In this document: positions 1 through 11,481 of the stretch, one piece after another
Numbering within the stretch: the first letter of the stretch is position 1
How the letters are laid out: every line of letters begins with the position of its first letter
Assembly: GCA_022813965.1 (NCBI GenBank)
Contig: JALDZS010000078.1
Coordinates: 62,001-97,401, forward strand
Reading direction: 5' to 3'
DNA: 35,401 nucleotides
DNA from: Toensbergia leucococca
Taxonomy: Eukaryota
Notes under the pieces: model-generated
What the model was told of the DNA's origin: nothing
The model's database searches: none
The model's input: only the letters and a program-made list of their open reading frames with translations
Program-made: the position numbers and the translations under genes

Positions 1-383
1 GTGAGAGCTGAGAGATGCCCGAGTCTTATCAGCAGAGGGTCTTTGCGCGACCATGATAGGCCGTCTAGTCCGGCGGTCACCCCCTCGATATGGATCATGA
101 CACACTCCCGCAGAAGATACCGCTGGAGCAAACTCCACTATGCGTGCGCGTGGTACCAATCCATAGGTATCGAGGAGAGCGTCTGGTAAGGACCTGCAGC
201 AGGCGTACGATCCAACTGCAGATCTTCGTATGGATGACGACGTTGATTGGGCAATTGGTCTGATACATGGTACGTGTTTTCGGTTATCTGCTGTGTACGC
301 GTATCACTCGTGAAATCGACGATATCAGTAACGAGATTCTGAACACGTCCTCGGGTCATATGGGCAATCTCAACTTGGATCAT
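1..383 (-). CDS. Possible 5' part of a minus-strand hypothetical gene running off the window edge
   Basis: One minus-strand frame is open from about 300 to position 1 (…DNRKHVPCIRPIAQS…KTRASLSSH). It is preceded by a branch/acceptor-like CTGAT…ACAG near 291 and upstream ATGs at 383/359. No recognisable domain. Confidence 0.25.
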
Positions 384-1386
384 ATTGTCAATGTTAACAA
401 CGCCCCAAGTAAGGCGTAGGATTTAGACTAAGTTAGGTGGATATCTAAATCTTAACATCTCTCTGATGTTCCAACCTCAAAAGTGGGAAGATGAAAAAAC
501 TGGTAGCTACTGCAGTGTAAGTACGAAAATGATTCCTCGCGTTCTATGTTTCACGACTGACAGTGGGGAACAATAACGCCAGGGATTTGCGGCTTAGCAA
601 GCGAAGGAAGGATTTGTACTCGATGAGCCCCCTTCTTCGATTGAATATTCTAGTGATGTTGGCCTCAACTCTACTTTGCCACGCTCGATTGCTGTAGTCA
701 ATTATGAAAATTACACCAGATCTGTGTCATGCCATTTCTTAGATGAAGTAGGCACCTAGAATGATCTTTAGGGAAATTTTGATTTGCCACTTTGACAACC
801 GACCCCTGTCCCTCTCCTACCGTAATGCCACCAATGCCGTGCTTGATGTGAGCTAAAGGAGATTCTACGAGCGGGACAACCAACTCCTCCTCACCACCTC
901 TGCCTGTAAGGCTACTCCCTCTCAACCACTTCTTCTCTTCACCTCCGTCAGCTCACTCGTCGGCTCTTTCTTCTTTCAGTTTTGCTGCATTTCTTATTCA
1001 TTCCATTTCGCCTAGCGACATTCTTCCGACAACACTCGCTTTCGACTCGTTCCAGGGGGAGAAGTAATCTTATTCTACACCACGTTTCCCCTCCAGTCAT
1101 CATCTAACATCAGGACAGTCTGAGAGTGGGCTTGAACCGGAGACTAGTAGTCTACCATTACAGAGTACGGAATCCACCCAGGCCTTTAACCTTTCATCGC
1201 TCTGTGTCCTTTCCATGACTGACTGAGGTACGGTGCACAGCCAGCCAGTCACTTACCATCCTTGAAACGTCCACAACTCTCTTTTACAAATAAAATTCCA
1301 AGGATCGATTCAATTCGAATGCTGTCGTAATACCTGCTCTTTATTGCCCATCTGTTTCCTCTCAGACATCTCGTCCCAGGAGAAGT

Positions 1387-1525
1387 GTATGTTGAGCCTG
1401 ACCTTCTTGAATATGCTCTTCCCTAGAGTATGCACCTGACTTCAAGGCACGTTTCGTAAAATGCACAAGGAGGTGCAGTATTCCCAAGTACCTATGATTC
1501 TAACCTATGTCTTTTTTCAAACTAG
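1387..1525 (+). other. Probable 5'-UTR intron of the Bni4-like gene
   Basis: GTATGT donor at 1387, TTCTAAC branch at about 1498-1504, T-rich tract, TAG acceptor at 1525, upstream of ATG 1669. A second weaker candidate lies at 1228-1365. Confidence 0.5.
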
Positions 1526-1668
1526 GCACGCGGCTCATCTGATTCACTCACAACAATCAACTCCCCTCCATCCCGTCTTACATCGTCAAGACACAGTCCT
1601 TTGGTTTGCCAAGTCTTGCCATCGAGTCTAGAATAGCTTTTGAAACATTCCGAGACACCTTATACAAG

Positions 1669-4430
1669 ATGACTGCTCTGGTGCAGACATTTCTCCAGCC
1701 ACCTTCGACAGTCACTATGCTGCAGACTCGTCCATCATCTGCTTCCGATACCTGGGATTCGGTTCCATCAGGTCAACAGCATCCACGGATCTCTCAACCA
1801 CCAAGGAACATCTACAATACGTCTGTTGGTGGAATGGCGACTGGAAGTTATCGTGGGCATACGTCGATCTCGCCAGTGGCTCCATATGCCTTTACAAGCA
1901 CCCCAGTCGTGAACACCGTAGTCAATCCACTTAGACAGCATCCCACTGCACCCCATCTTCGCCAAGAGAATCGAACATCCTCTGCCCCTGTGATACCTTA
2001 CACACAGATGGCATCACACGGGATTCCTACGAATAACGGCCGATACCATAGTCCACAAACCACTGCATCATCTTCATCATCGTCGATTGATTCTTCGGCT
2101 GTCAAAGCTCCATATCAAGAGAGAATCAGCAAAGATGACTCGTCCATCCCAGCACCAAGATCTGATCACATCAGTCCGAGGCCACTATCATCCATTGAAC
2201 TTAGCTCTTCTTCGCTGGCTACCAGTCTTTCACCAGTCAGCCTAGGCAAGCCTGCGCCGGATCGATATCGACGTAATCATCGACGCTCTGAGACTGCTAA
2301 TGTGACAAGCAATTCATCACAAGGCGGATCAGCTCTTCCATCGGGCTCGGGAATGGCAACAATTGGTCATTTGTACAATAATCCTATCCAGCAAAGCAGC
2401 AAATCCGCATTATCGACATATCCAACCTACAAAGGATCCCTTTCGCCATTATCCCAGAGCTCAGGAGGTCTTGAAGCCGGCTCCGTGCCTAGGCTCTTGA
2501 GTAGGGACGATATGAACCTGCATAGGCAATCGTCTTCGGAGCAAGCAAAGAGATATCGGAGGCGGAGTATCAGTAGTTTGGAGGCGGGGGAATATACATC
2601 TCAGTTCTCTGACTTGCCAGGTCAACCACTAGCACCGACAAAGACGTATGCTTCTAGACTTGAGAATCCACCATTGAAGGAGCAAAAAGAAACCTGGCCT
2701 TCTCCAGGCATGCAACGACCAGTTTCGTCACATACCCCTAGTGCGAGCGCTGATAGCACAAATTCGTCCGTAACTAGTCCACGGCCCTCATCAGTAAGTC
2801 ATTTGGCTCCCCGATTTCCAATATTTTATCAGGGATGATATCTCCTGTGTTTCACTCTTGTCGCTAATACGGTCTATCTAGGCCAAGCGAGAATCGGGCG
2901 GGGCACCAGCTGCTCTAAATACAACTGCGATACAAGGCACTCCTGTTGCCAAGAACGAAGCTAAAATCGTCAACATTCCCGCTCGTGGGTCTTCCGATGT
3001 AAATAAGAGACTCGCGACTCCATCGCCACTATCGAAGCCAATTACTATGAGCCCGGACAAATCCTCATCTCACGATTCACTTGCTTCAAAACAACAGTCT
3101 AAGCCTTATGAACCATCGCCTATACCCGTAGCCGTACCTTCTTCTGGTATACCAGAAAGCCCTGCTGCCCAACACCTGGCGGCTCTTAACAAGAAAGATG
3201 GCAAAAAAGAGGGAAAGTCGTCGCGACTACGGCGTGCTTTCTCATTCGGAAGTGCTGCCGAACTACGAAAGGCTTCGGCGGAGAACAATCTCAACAATAA
3301 TTTATCAGTCGAGCGCGCAAAGCTGAGGAAAGAGCGTTTTCACGACGATCAGGAGGCTGAAGAAGCAGCAATTGTACAGAAGCAAGAAGCTTCCGGTCTT
3401 GGAGAAGGGATATATTCCGGACAGGGCCAATTCTTTACTGGATCTACCGATAATTTGTCTATTTCTTCAACAGCTTCTTCTGCGTCAATTATGATACGAA
3501 AAATGGGCAAGGGCATGAAGAAATCCACTCGATCCTTGGTTGGATTGTTTCGACCAAAGTCTGTTGTCGGGGTGCCGGCTGCCGACTCAGCAGTACCTGA
3601 ACCCAGTATAGCTCAGGTGGCGATGGTGACAGTGGAGGCCGAAAGGGAGAAGGTCAATGTCAATGTTAATCCGCATGATCAAGTTGGTGGAGGTACTGCC
3701 TATCCAAAGCTTGAACGGAACTCCATGGATGCTGCTAGCATTGCTGTTGATCGCCCATCTTCCGCTCATGATCGTATCAGCGAAAGCTCTCGGTCCAGGC
3801 AGAGCATCGTTGGCGGGGAGAAAGAGCGTGCGGAGGTGCTAGCTGCTGTTAAGAAGGGAATCTTGAAGCGTCAGTAGTTTGATAAGACCTATTGAGCCAA
3901 CTGCTGACAGATGAATAGGTAATGGCACAGAGTCTGGAAACTCATCACCTGTTGCACGGCCTATTGATTCGAAATCGACAGGGTTCAACCTGCCTCAGCT
4001 TCTAAATTTCAATGAATCTCCAAGCTCTAGTACACCTAGTACCCCTAAGGATGATCATTTCCTTCGTCCTGGCCATCGTAAAACCGACTCCGTCACGATT
4101 GAAGGCGAGGACTATTTCATGTCAATTGCCAAATATGCAAGTGGAGATTCCAAAAGCCTGCCTGGTACACCGCGAAGTATCATTCCTCGCAACATTAGTT
4201 TCAGTCCTCGGATTCAATTCCATGATACCTGGCCAAGTGGAGAATATGATAGACGAGGAGAAATCGCAACCTGCAATCGTTTGACGCCTATGCTAGCTCA
4301 GCAGATCAAGGAGGAACTCAACTCTTTCAAGATGGTACGTTCTTGGCTGCTGAAAATCTGTTTAACAGCTAACAGTTTTTAGGAGATGGAAGTTCACGAG
4401 CTGTCAAAAGTCAACACTCATTTTTTCTAG
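1669..4430 (+). CDS. BNI4: Bni4-like protein phosphatase 1 targeting subunit (~858 aa); exons 1669-2793, 2882-3869, 3919-4334, 4383-4430
   Basis: Three GT-AG introns join the ORFs in frame (2577 nt). Ser/Pro-rich disordered body, SILK-type motif KKGILKR, RVxF-type motif RNISF, and the conserved C-terminus EYDRRGEIATCNRLTPMLAQQIKEELNSFKMEMEVHELSKVNTHFF typical of Bni4/phactr-like proteins. Confidence 0.85.
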
Positions 4431-5469
4431 TGAAGTCAACATACATCTTTGCCTTGGAAAAGAGACTGGCTAGCTCAACGACAAAACGGCGTCAAGTTGC
4501 TCCCAAAGTTCCGGAGGCCACCAACAACATAGCTTTCCAAATCCGACAGCTTGTAGGCTTGATGCAGCATCATTACCCATGCGTCTTTTTTCAGCAAATT
4601 AGTGATCGAGCGTTTATGTTTAGTAATGACTGCGAACACCTCTACGTCTACAAGGATTCACCAATGTCACTGGTCAAGGGCCGAGCTGGTCACGGACCCT
4701 TGCCATCCAAAAGGCATGTCACAGCGAGCACGCATAACTCCAGAACCACTTATTACGTCACACCCTCTCCACACTGACGCATCTCGACTTCATGCTCGTA
4801 TCTCACTCACCATAAGATGGCGGCAATCTTTGTTCTGTTGTTCCTTCGGATATGTGAACGATGTTGCATTTCGCTTTCTCTCACCGGTTCTACTCTTGCA
4901 AAAGTTGCATCTTCTCATTCTCATTTTCATGGGCTAATGGGGAATCTCGTTCGGCATTCGGTCTCTCAGGTGTTGTCCCTTTATTCAGGCTGTGTTTCTC
5001 CCCTACTGTCGTCATAGTTTGCCGGGAGGTTGTTCGAGCGAGCGAGTTTGTGTTGTTTTTCGAGCCTGACTGATTTTAGTGTCCTGGTGGTAGGCAAGTA
5101 GTGGAATGGAACAGAATTGATCCGAGCGGTCTACCTACTTGAATCACTAATGATCTGGCACTGGTACTGAGTGCTGGAATCTCGCCTTGTCTTGATCTGG
5201 ATCGGGTTGTAACTTCGACGCTAGCTCTTGTCTAGTGTATGGCTAGACTTACAGGCAGCCCCATCGTAGCAAGCATCATTGCTCTCTTGTCTTACATGCC
5301 TAGGATAATGCCTGCGGCAATCGAATCCAAACCTAGAGCTGCAACAAGCCTCTTCACCTACTCTATCATCCTCCACGTCTCATTGTAGTCGACGCCATCT
5401 CGCACTACCAACTCTTCCTCCAATCACCGCTCTCATGTTTCAATCACCTTTTCAATCCCCCTCTTTACT

Positions 5470-5840
5470 GACTCACTCACTCACTCGCCCGCCCACCCAA
5501 ATACTAGAGCCGCAACTCCAGCCCAAATGCCCTTATTAACCTAAACCTTGATTTTCCTTCTGTCTCATTCCTTGGCAACATACACACCTTGCCTAAGTCA
5601 TCTTTACATTTCCCCCCCCCCCCCCCCCCGTTTACTTCTATTCGTTCTTGAGTGATGGAGAGCTTGGCGTTATGGAAAAGGGAGCTGTGGGGGGGGGAAA
5701 GGCAGGATTGTGGGGTTTTTTGCTTGTTTGGTGAGAGGAAGGTGAGGGTAGGGTTTGTGTGTATGAAGTCGATATTTTGAAGGGGGTTTTTTTTGGTTGG
5801 GGGATTTCGTAGGTGGATTGATTGATTGATTGATTGATTG
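5470..5840. repeat. Cluster of simple repeats: (ACTC)4 at ~5470, C18 at 5612-5629, G9 at 5689-5697, (GATT)6 at ~5816-5839
   Basis: Directly visible in the sequence. Confidence 0.9.
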
Positions 5841-6796
5841 GGGACGGGTAGAGTTTATTTGTATCTTTCTTTTTTTTGAGAAATTCATGGTGATGGGATG
5901 TGGGTTTCATGGTGAGGTTGCTTTGTTTATTCAGAGTCCTTTTGAGAGAGAATTGGGTCGCTCTGAAGCTGATTAGTTTTGCTTGTTTAAGAAGCAAAAC
6001 TCGATGCTCTATGGACAGTAGTAGAAAGAGCTTGAGTACCTAAAGTATCCTACCTCACTTATGCTGAACCTTCTGTCTCTAAGGTGGCCAGCAGCAGTGG
6101 CGGTTCAAATCATTGAGAAGACGGACGTTACTTAGTCCTTTTTCCTCCTCTGGTGGATTGCTTGATTGCTTGATTAGTTTTGAATTTGCGGCTGGCGTTT
6201 TGTGGAAAAAGATTTCATTTTAGTAATTGAGAATTTTTGTCTTTCTTGATTTCCTCTTTTCCGTCTTTTTGTCTTTTTCTCCTTGGCCGCCACTTTTAGA
6301 ATACCCGTTGCCCATCCGCTTTTAAAGTTTCCTACTTTTCCATATTCTAGAACGCGGCCCCTAGTCCACCCCGGCCCACACCAAATCCCGCTCAGGTCGA
6401 GAATTTTGTTCAAGTTCAGAGGGGTTTCCAGAGGAGTAGCACTAATCTGACCGTTGTCGTCGATCAGGAAGCGTTATAAGCACGCGTCTACGAAGCCGTA
6501 CAACACAAAGAGGGGCTTTTGCACATTGAAGTAATGAAACCAGAAAAGTTCCAGCAAACATGGTCAAGATCAGCCATATCGATTGAAGGTTGTTTTTTTT
6601 GGGCAAATCGTCCATGAGGATGTACGTCCCTCTGTCTTTTGAAAACTCTCAATATTTGTCTATTTCGCTCCTGAATCTTGATGATTGCATAAAAGCCCCA
6701 ATTCGTAATGATCCCGCATGCATTATGGACTGTCAAATTTGGGGCGGTAAGGGTAGGTCGGGCGAAGTTCTGTAAGGCATGACGAGTAGTAGGTGG

Positions 6797-7438
6797 TCAA
6801 TAGCGATGTTGGCATCGAAGAGCTTCTAGGATATCGTCCAATTCCAACTCTTTGTCCCGTGTCTTAAGCGTCAGATCCACCGCAAGCATATACAATTCCA
6901 TTTCCTTATTTAAGCCCATTCGGAAGACCTTGCTAATGACCCAGGGCTGAAGCGGATAACCCGCATTGGCACACCTTCTTGCCTGTATCTTTATATACTC
7001 CCCGTACTCCGCAACGCTGTCGAATTTCGATTGAGAGCTCCGCAAGAGATTCTCGAAGGCCAAGTCTCGAGAGACCTCATTTGGTAGCTTGTACAAAGTC
7101 TTCAAGGTCGTCCAGATCGTCCAGAACTCTTCCATGCCTCTGATGTGTGCACGCGGTTCGTCTCCGATGTTTAGTATGATCAGGGCAACGGCAAGTTTGT
7201 TCAACTTGTCCCATTTCCGGACTTTAATATTTATCTTCTTCTTTTCTATCTCTTGGACTTCTGTGAGGGGAGTTGTTGTTGCTGCAAATACCGCCGGTCT
7301 GACATACTTTCCCTTGGCGATTTTTCCAACGTTTTGCAGCATCAGTACGGCCTGCATATCAACCTCCCACCTATCGTAATTATCCTTGCCTGTTAGTTTA
7401 GTGATCTTATAGTCGTCGAAGTCAGAGTCGTCCTCCAT
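6797..7438 (-). CDS. Ty1/copia-type gag (capsid; DUF4219 + Retrotran_gag_2/UBN2-like) solo ORF, 213 aa
   Basis: N-terminal ITKLTGKDNYDRWEVDMQAVL motif, then WDKLNKLAVALIILNI…IWTTLKTLY…SVAEY…FRMGL, the pattern of copia gag. Uninterrupted ORF with ATG in a GCCATGG context. No CCHC knuckle or pol seen downstream. Confidence 0.8.
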   Translation of the reverse strand: MEDDSDFDDYKITKLTGKDNYDRWEVDMQAVLMLQNVGKIAKGKYVRPAVFAATTTPLTEVQEIEKKKINIKVRKWDKLNKLAVALIILNIGDEPRAHIRGMEEFWTIWTTLKTLYKLPNEVSRDLAFENLLRSSQSKFDSVAEYGEYIKIQARRCANAGYPLQPWVISKVFRMGLNKEMELYMLAVDLTLKTRDKELELDDILEALRCQHRY

Positions 7439-7497
7439 GGCTACAAGAAAGAGGCCGAAAAACGGTGGATTTTCGAGATTTCAGACGCGTTTTTCGT

Positions 7498-8063
7498 CAA
7501 GGCTTTTGATAGTTCACCAACTAACTAGCTAACTATTAGTTATAAGTAATAGTTAAGTAATTAGTTAGTGTAGTTTGAGCTTTGACAAGTAGTTAGTTAA
7601 CTAGTTAAGGATTGATAACTAACTACTTAACTAATAGTTTGAATTTCCCCTTTGTGATGATTTTTCGGGGTGGGTTTCCGACTCAAAACAACCCAAATAG
7701 GTCTAGCTGTATCTCAAAGGGGCTTAGTGCAACATTCAAATTTTATTTCTTTTGCCTCACCGCCATCAACAAACCATCAATTCTATCAACAATGGCTGAA
7801 AGTGATAATGAATCCACCATTTCTAAGGCTCCTAGTCATCTTACCACCCCAATTACCCTTGCTGCTCGCTCCACAATCTCCTCAGGCCCTGCCCCCGTCA
7901 AGCACACTCGACACTTCGGTGAGGGCATGAACTGATAGTTCAACTATCAGTTCACTACTAGTCAACTAGTTAAGGATTCAAACTATACTACGAACTATCA
8001 AAAACCAGGTAGTTGGTGCAGTTTGAGGTCTCAAACTAACTATTCAAACTATCAAAAGCCTTG
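7498..8063. mobile_element. Non-autonomous hAT-like DNA transposon / MITE, 566 bp
   Basis: Perfect 17-bp TIRs CAAGGCTTTTGATAGTT (7498-7514) and AACTATCAAAAGCCTTG (8047-8063). Perfect 8-bp TSD TTTTTCGT at 7490-7497 and 8064-8071. Dense TAGTT/AACTA subterminal repeats at both ends. Confidence 0.9.
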
Positions 8064-9641
8064 TTTTTCGTTGTCAGAGTTTTTCAAATGATGATGGTGA
8101 CGGAGATGAATCTATGCTGATACGTCTAATGAAGAAATAGTATCTTAGGAACCACTAATATAGGTGGTGTAAAGTGTTGAATTTGTGTTGTGTGCGTTAA
8201 TAAGGCAGCTGGCAGGAACAAATTTCGTGGTTACACTAAGCTCGGTATTCTAGGGATCAACCATGATCATCAGGGGTAAATAATCAGTGTTGACGAATTG
8301 GTACTCGTAACAGAGTACGGAGTATGCCTTGCTAAGATGATGGCTGAAGGGACGCGATAGGGTAGTAATGATCTACATCTCGTACATGATCCAACATCAC
8401 TTAGAATCCCGATCTTAGGCAATTCAATTAACATACCGAACAAGAATCAGTGATGCTCCTTGACTGCCAAAATGCCAGAAATTACAAAGATCATTTACCT
8501 TCATGATCACTTGAGCCACCTAAAAACATCAGTTATTCAGAAGGGAAAAAATATGTACAGGATACATCAATTTCAGAGAAAAACTGGTGATTCTGAAGTC
8601 AAAAAAAAACCTTGGACTAGCTATTTATTTTGCTGTATGGGGGTATCTAAGGTAGTCGAGGCACTGTCTACGCCGGGCTGATGAGTGACGACGATGCCTT
8701 GTGTTCGATTGGTAAGTACGAGCCTCGTTTCAAGTGCTGGTGATACGCGTATTTGGCCTCTCCTATTAAAAAATTATAAATTATCCAGATGTCGTAGCTA
8801 GGCTAGCAGGCTAGGTAGGGGCAATGCATCCAGCAGCGAGTTCTCAGCTTACTCGCTCACTTCCTCCACCTCCTGCAGTGTATCTCGGTCTCTTTGCCTC
8901 GAAATGTGGGCACTATCAATTAGTACTGCATTACCTCCGTCGGAAAAAAGTGGTGGTAGCCAATGGCTGCTTGTTAATCGCACCTCGTTCTTTCTTGAAG
9001 GGATATGTAGACCGTGAGGCTGTTTCTTCCAGCTTAGTAGGGAGCTCTGATGCTTCTATGATAGTTGGATAGGGAATGGGCTGGCCTTTTCCGTTCTTTC
9101 TGGCTCGATATATATAGTGTGGAAGATTTTGGTCGAGTCCACTTTCTGTCTCTTTCTCTGTCGGTACTTGGAGGCGGAGGGACCTATTTGGTGGAAGATG
9201 GTGGAGAGATGGGTCTCCATGTGTAGTGGTTGCACCATTATTGTGGATTGCTTCTCTGGGAAAGGGGTTGGGGGAAGGATTGGAGGGCGATTATGTGGGA
9301 GACGGGGTGTAATGGGATACTAATGGTCAGAGTATTTAGGTTGGTAGCACGAGTCTCGGAGATCACTCTAGCAAGCTATACGTCGCTACAGCAAAAGGGT
9401 ATCGAACTCCGCTTCCAGAGAGCTCGCGCTCATTCAAAGGGCTCTGACCACTACTCTCATTCGGCAGAGCTTCAATGTCCTCCACTAATCTCTTCTTCGT
9501 AGTCGCCGGAAAGTCTTTCTCGGCCTTTAGGGTTGTAGACTCATTTCGCATACTCTCTACAAGACCCTAAGCTTCTACTGGATCCTCGGCGGCATGCTGG
9601 GTTTGTAGATCTTGTTTGGTAGTAGTGTTAACCAGCACGCT

Positions 9642-11481
9642 TTAATCCTTGTAGGTATCGTTGTCGCTACGCCAATCAGTCAGTCAGCTTCGACCCTGCC
9701 ATCAGGAAGTGAGAAGGGACAAAACAAAATAGATATACTTACAATTTACCAAACCGATTCCTCCCCTCTGCTTCCCTGTTGACCCACACAGCAACGGATG
9801 TTCCAGGGCAAGGAAACAACCCCTTCCCATCCTCACCAATAACGACCTCGCTCTGCTCCCAGCCCAGAACATCCGTCCACACCTCCCCTTTATGCATCTC
9901 GCCAACATACATATTCTTCTCGTTCGGCCCTGCATTGCTCATTACGCACGCGAGCCCAAAGGGTCGGTCCCACGTCCCAAGCCGCGTCCAGCCAATGCAC
10001 TGCGGAAAATCGAAATAGTCGTGCTGTTCGCCGTAGGCGTAGAGTTTGCGGGCAAGGCAAAGATCGGGGACTTTTCCACCGCATGAAGGTGGGAAAGGAT
10101 GCTCGCCTTTGATGCCATAAAGGTCCCCGTAGAAGACGCAGGGGTAGCCGTCATAGCGAAGAAGGATTAGGGCATAGGCTAAGGGTTTGAAGAAGGGCTC
10201 GATGGGAGCTTCTAGGGCTTGGTAGGGTTGTGTGTCATGGTTCCTTTTTGGTTGATTAGGTGCGTGCTGTAAAGGTGAGTAATGGTACGTACATGACGAG
10301 GGTGACGGCATTAACAGGCTCGCATTGGACGAGTGTTCCCTCGAAAACCTTTGTCAGATCAGCGTCTTCTGTTTTTGAGATAGCTGAAAAATTGTAGACA
10401 AGTGGGGCGTCGAAAAGTGAGAACTTGTGACTCATTCGCTGGATGTACGCTCTCATCGAGTCGAGAGAGTCTTTCCAAAACTAGCATCTTTTAGCTGTAG
10501 CCTTCAATGATGTGGGTACTTCATTGACGATGTAATTGGAATTTGACGCGTAGTCGATCATACCTCTCCCACTAGGAATAAACTTCCTACCGTCTGGTCT
10601 AAATGCTCCACAAATTCTTTCAGAAAATCCTCGGAGAAATGCTTCACCGCATCAAACCGAATGCCATTGATCTTGGTCTCCTTCACAATCCATTCGCCCC
10701 ATTGCTTAACGTCTTGCTTCACCTCTGGATGCGTATAGTCTAGATCTGAAAACATCAAATAGTCATAGTTGCCCTTTTCCTTGTCGACCGATTGTGACCA
10801 GTCCCTGTTCCCGTCAAGGATCTTATATATGGCATTTTTCTGGTTTGCTGCGTTGTAGTCTGTGCCTGAAAAATGATACCAATGATAATTCAAAGGACTA
10901 TAGGCGCTTTGGCGGCCTGGAAAGGTGAACCCTAGCCAAGCAGAGATGTCGTACGGATCACTGACTTGTCTCTCACGATCTGGATCTCTATCAGCAGCTA
11001 GAGGCCTTAACGTATCGAGTGGGCTCACGGACCGTTAGGGTCAACTTCTACTGCTCGGCAGGTCTCTTTGTGATCTGCCGCAGCTTTGTGATTCAGTACG
11101 GCATCCCAGTATATTCCCAAACCTGCCTCGTCGGCCTGTTTGATCAATAGGAGCAAGTCCTCTTTCGCGCCCCATTTTGTGGACTTCCCACCCTTCTGAT
11201 CAAATTCTCCGAGATCGTAAAGGTCGTAAACATCATAGCCGTTGCCTTGGGGGCTTGATGCTTTGCATCCAGGAGGAATCCAGATGTTATCAATGCCTGT
11301 GGCCTTGAGACCGATGCTGGCGTCTCGGAGACGTTGCCAGTGTTTTTGGTCAGCGGGCACGTACCATTCGAAGGCTTGCATCATAGTTGCATTTTCAGGC
11401 GTAGATTGGCGATCTGTCCATTCGATCAGTCTCTGCCGCTGTAACAAGCCTAACGGTTGTCCACGTACCTGGCTGGGACAT
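9642..11481 (-). CDS. Intracellular alpha-amylase, GH13 (subfamily 5, Amy1/AmyG type; ~507 aa); exons 11481-11469, 11413-11033, 10979-10564, 10480-10293, 10243-9743, 9666-9642
   Basis: Five GT-AG introns give 1524 nt in frame. Motifs TMMQAFEWY, GYDVYDLYDLGEFDQKG, DAVLNH, GIRFDAVKH (nucleophile), GEFW (acid/base), NHD, GYPCVFYGD. No signal peptide. Confidence 0.93.

Noticed and set aside
4430..5073. Overlapping ORFs after the BNI4 stop
   Set aside because: Most simply 3'-UTR sequence. Non-ATG starts and no coding character.
6174..6796. Possible gag readthrough or frameshift into pol
   Set aside because: The in-frame continuation to 6488 and the alternative frames show no zinc knuckle or D(S/T)G protease motif.
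8930..9551. Minus-strand open frames downstream of the amylase (MRNESTTLKAEK…; …EAIHNNGATTTHGDPS…)
   Set aside because: No domain or consistent splice model. Could be an orphan gene or relic but is unsupported.
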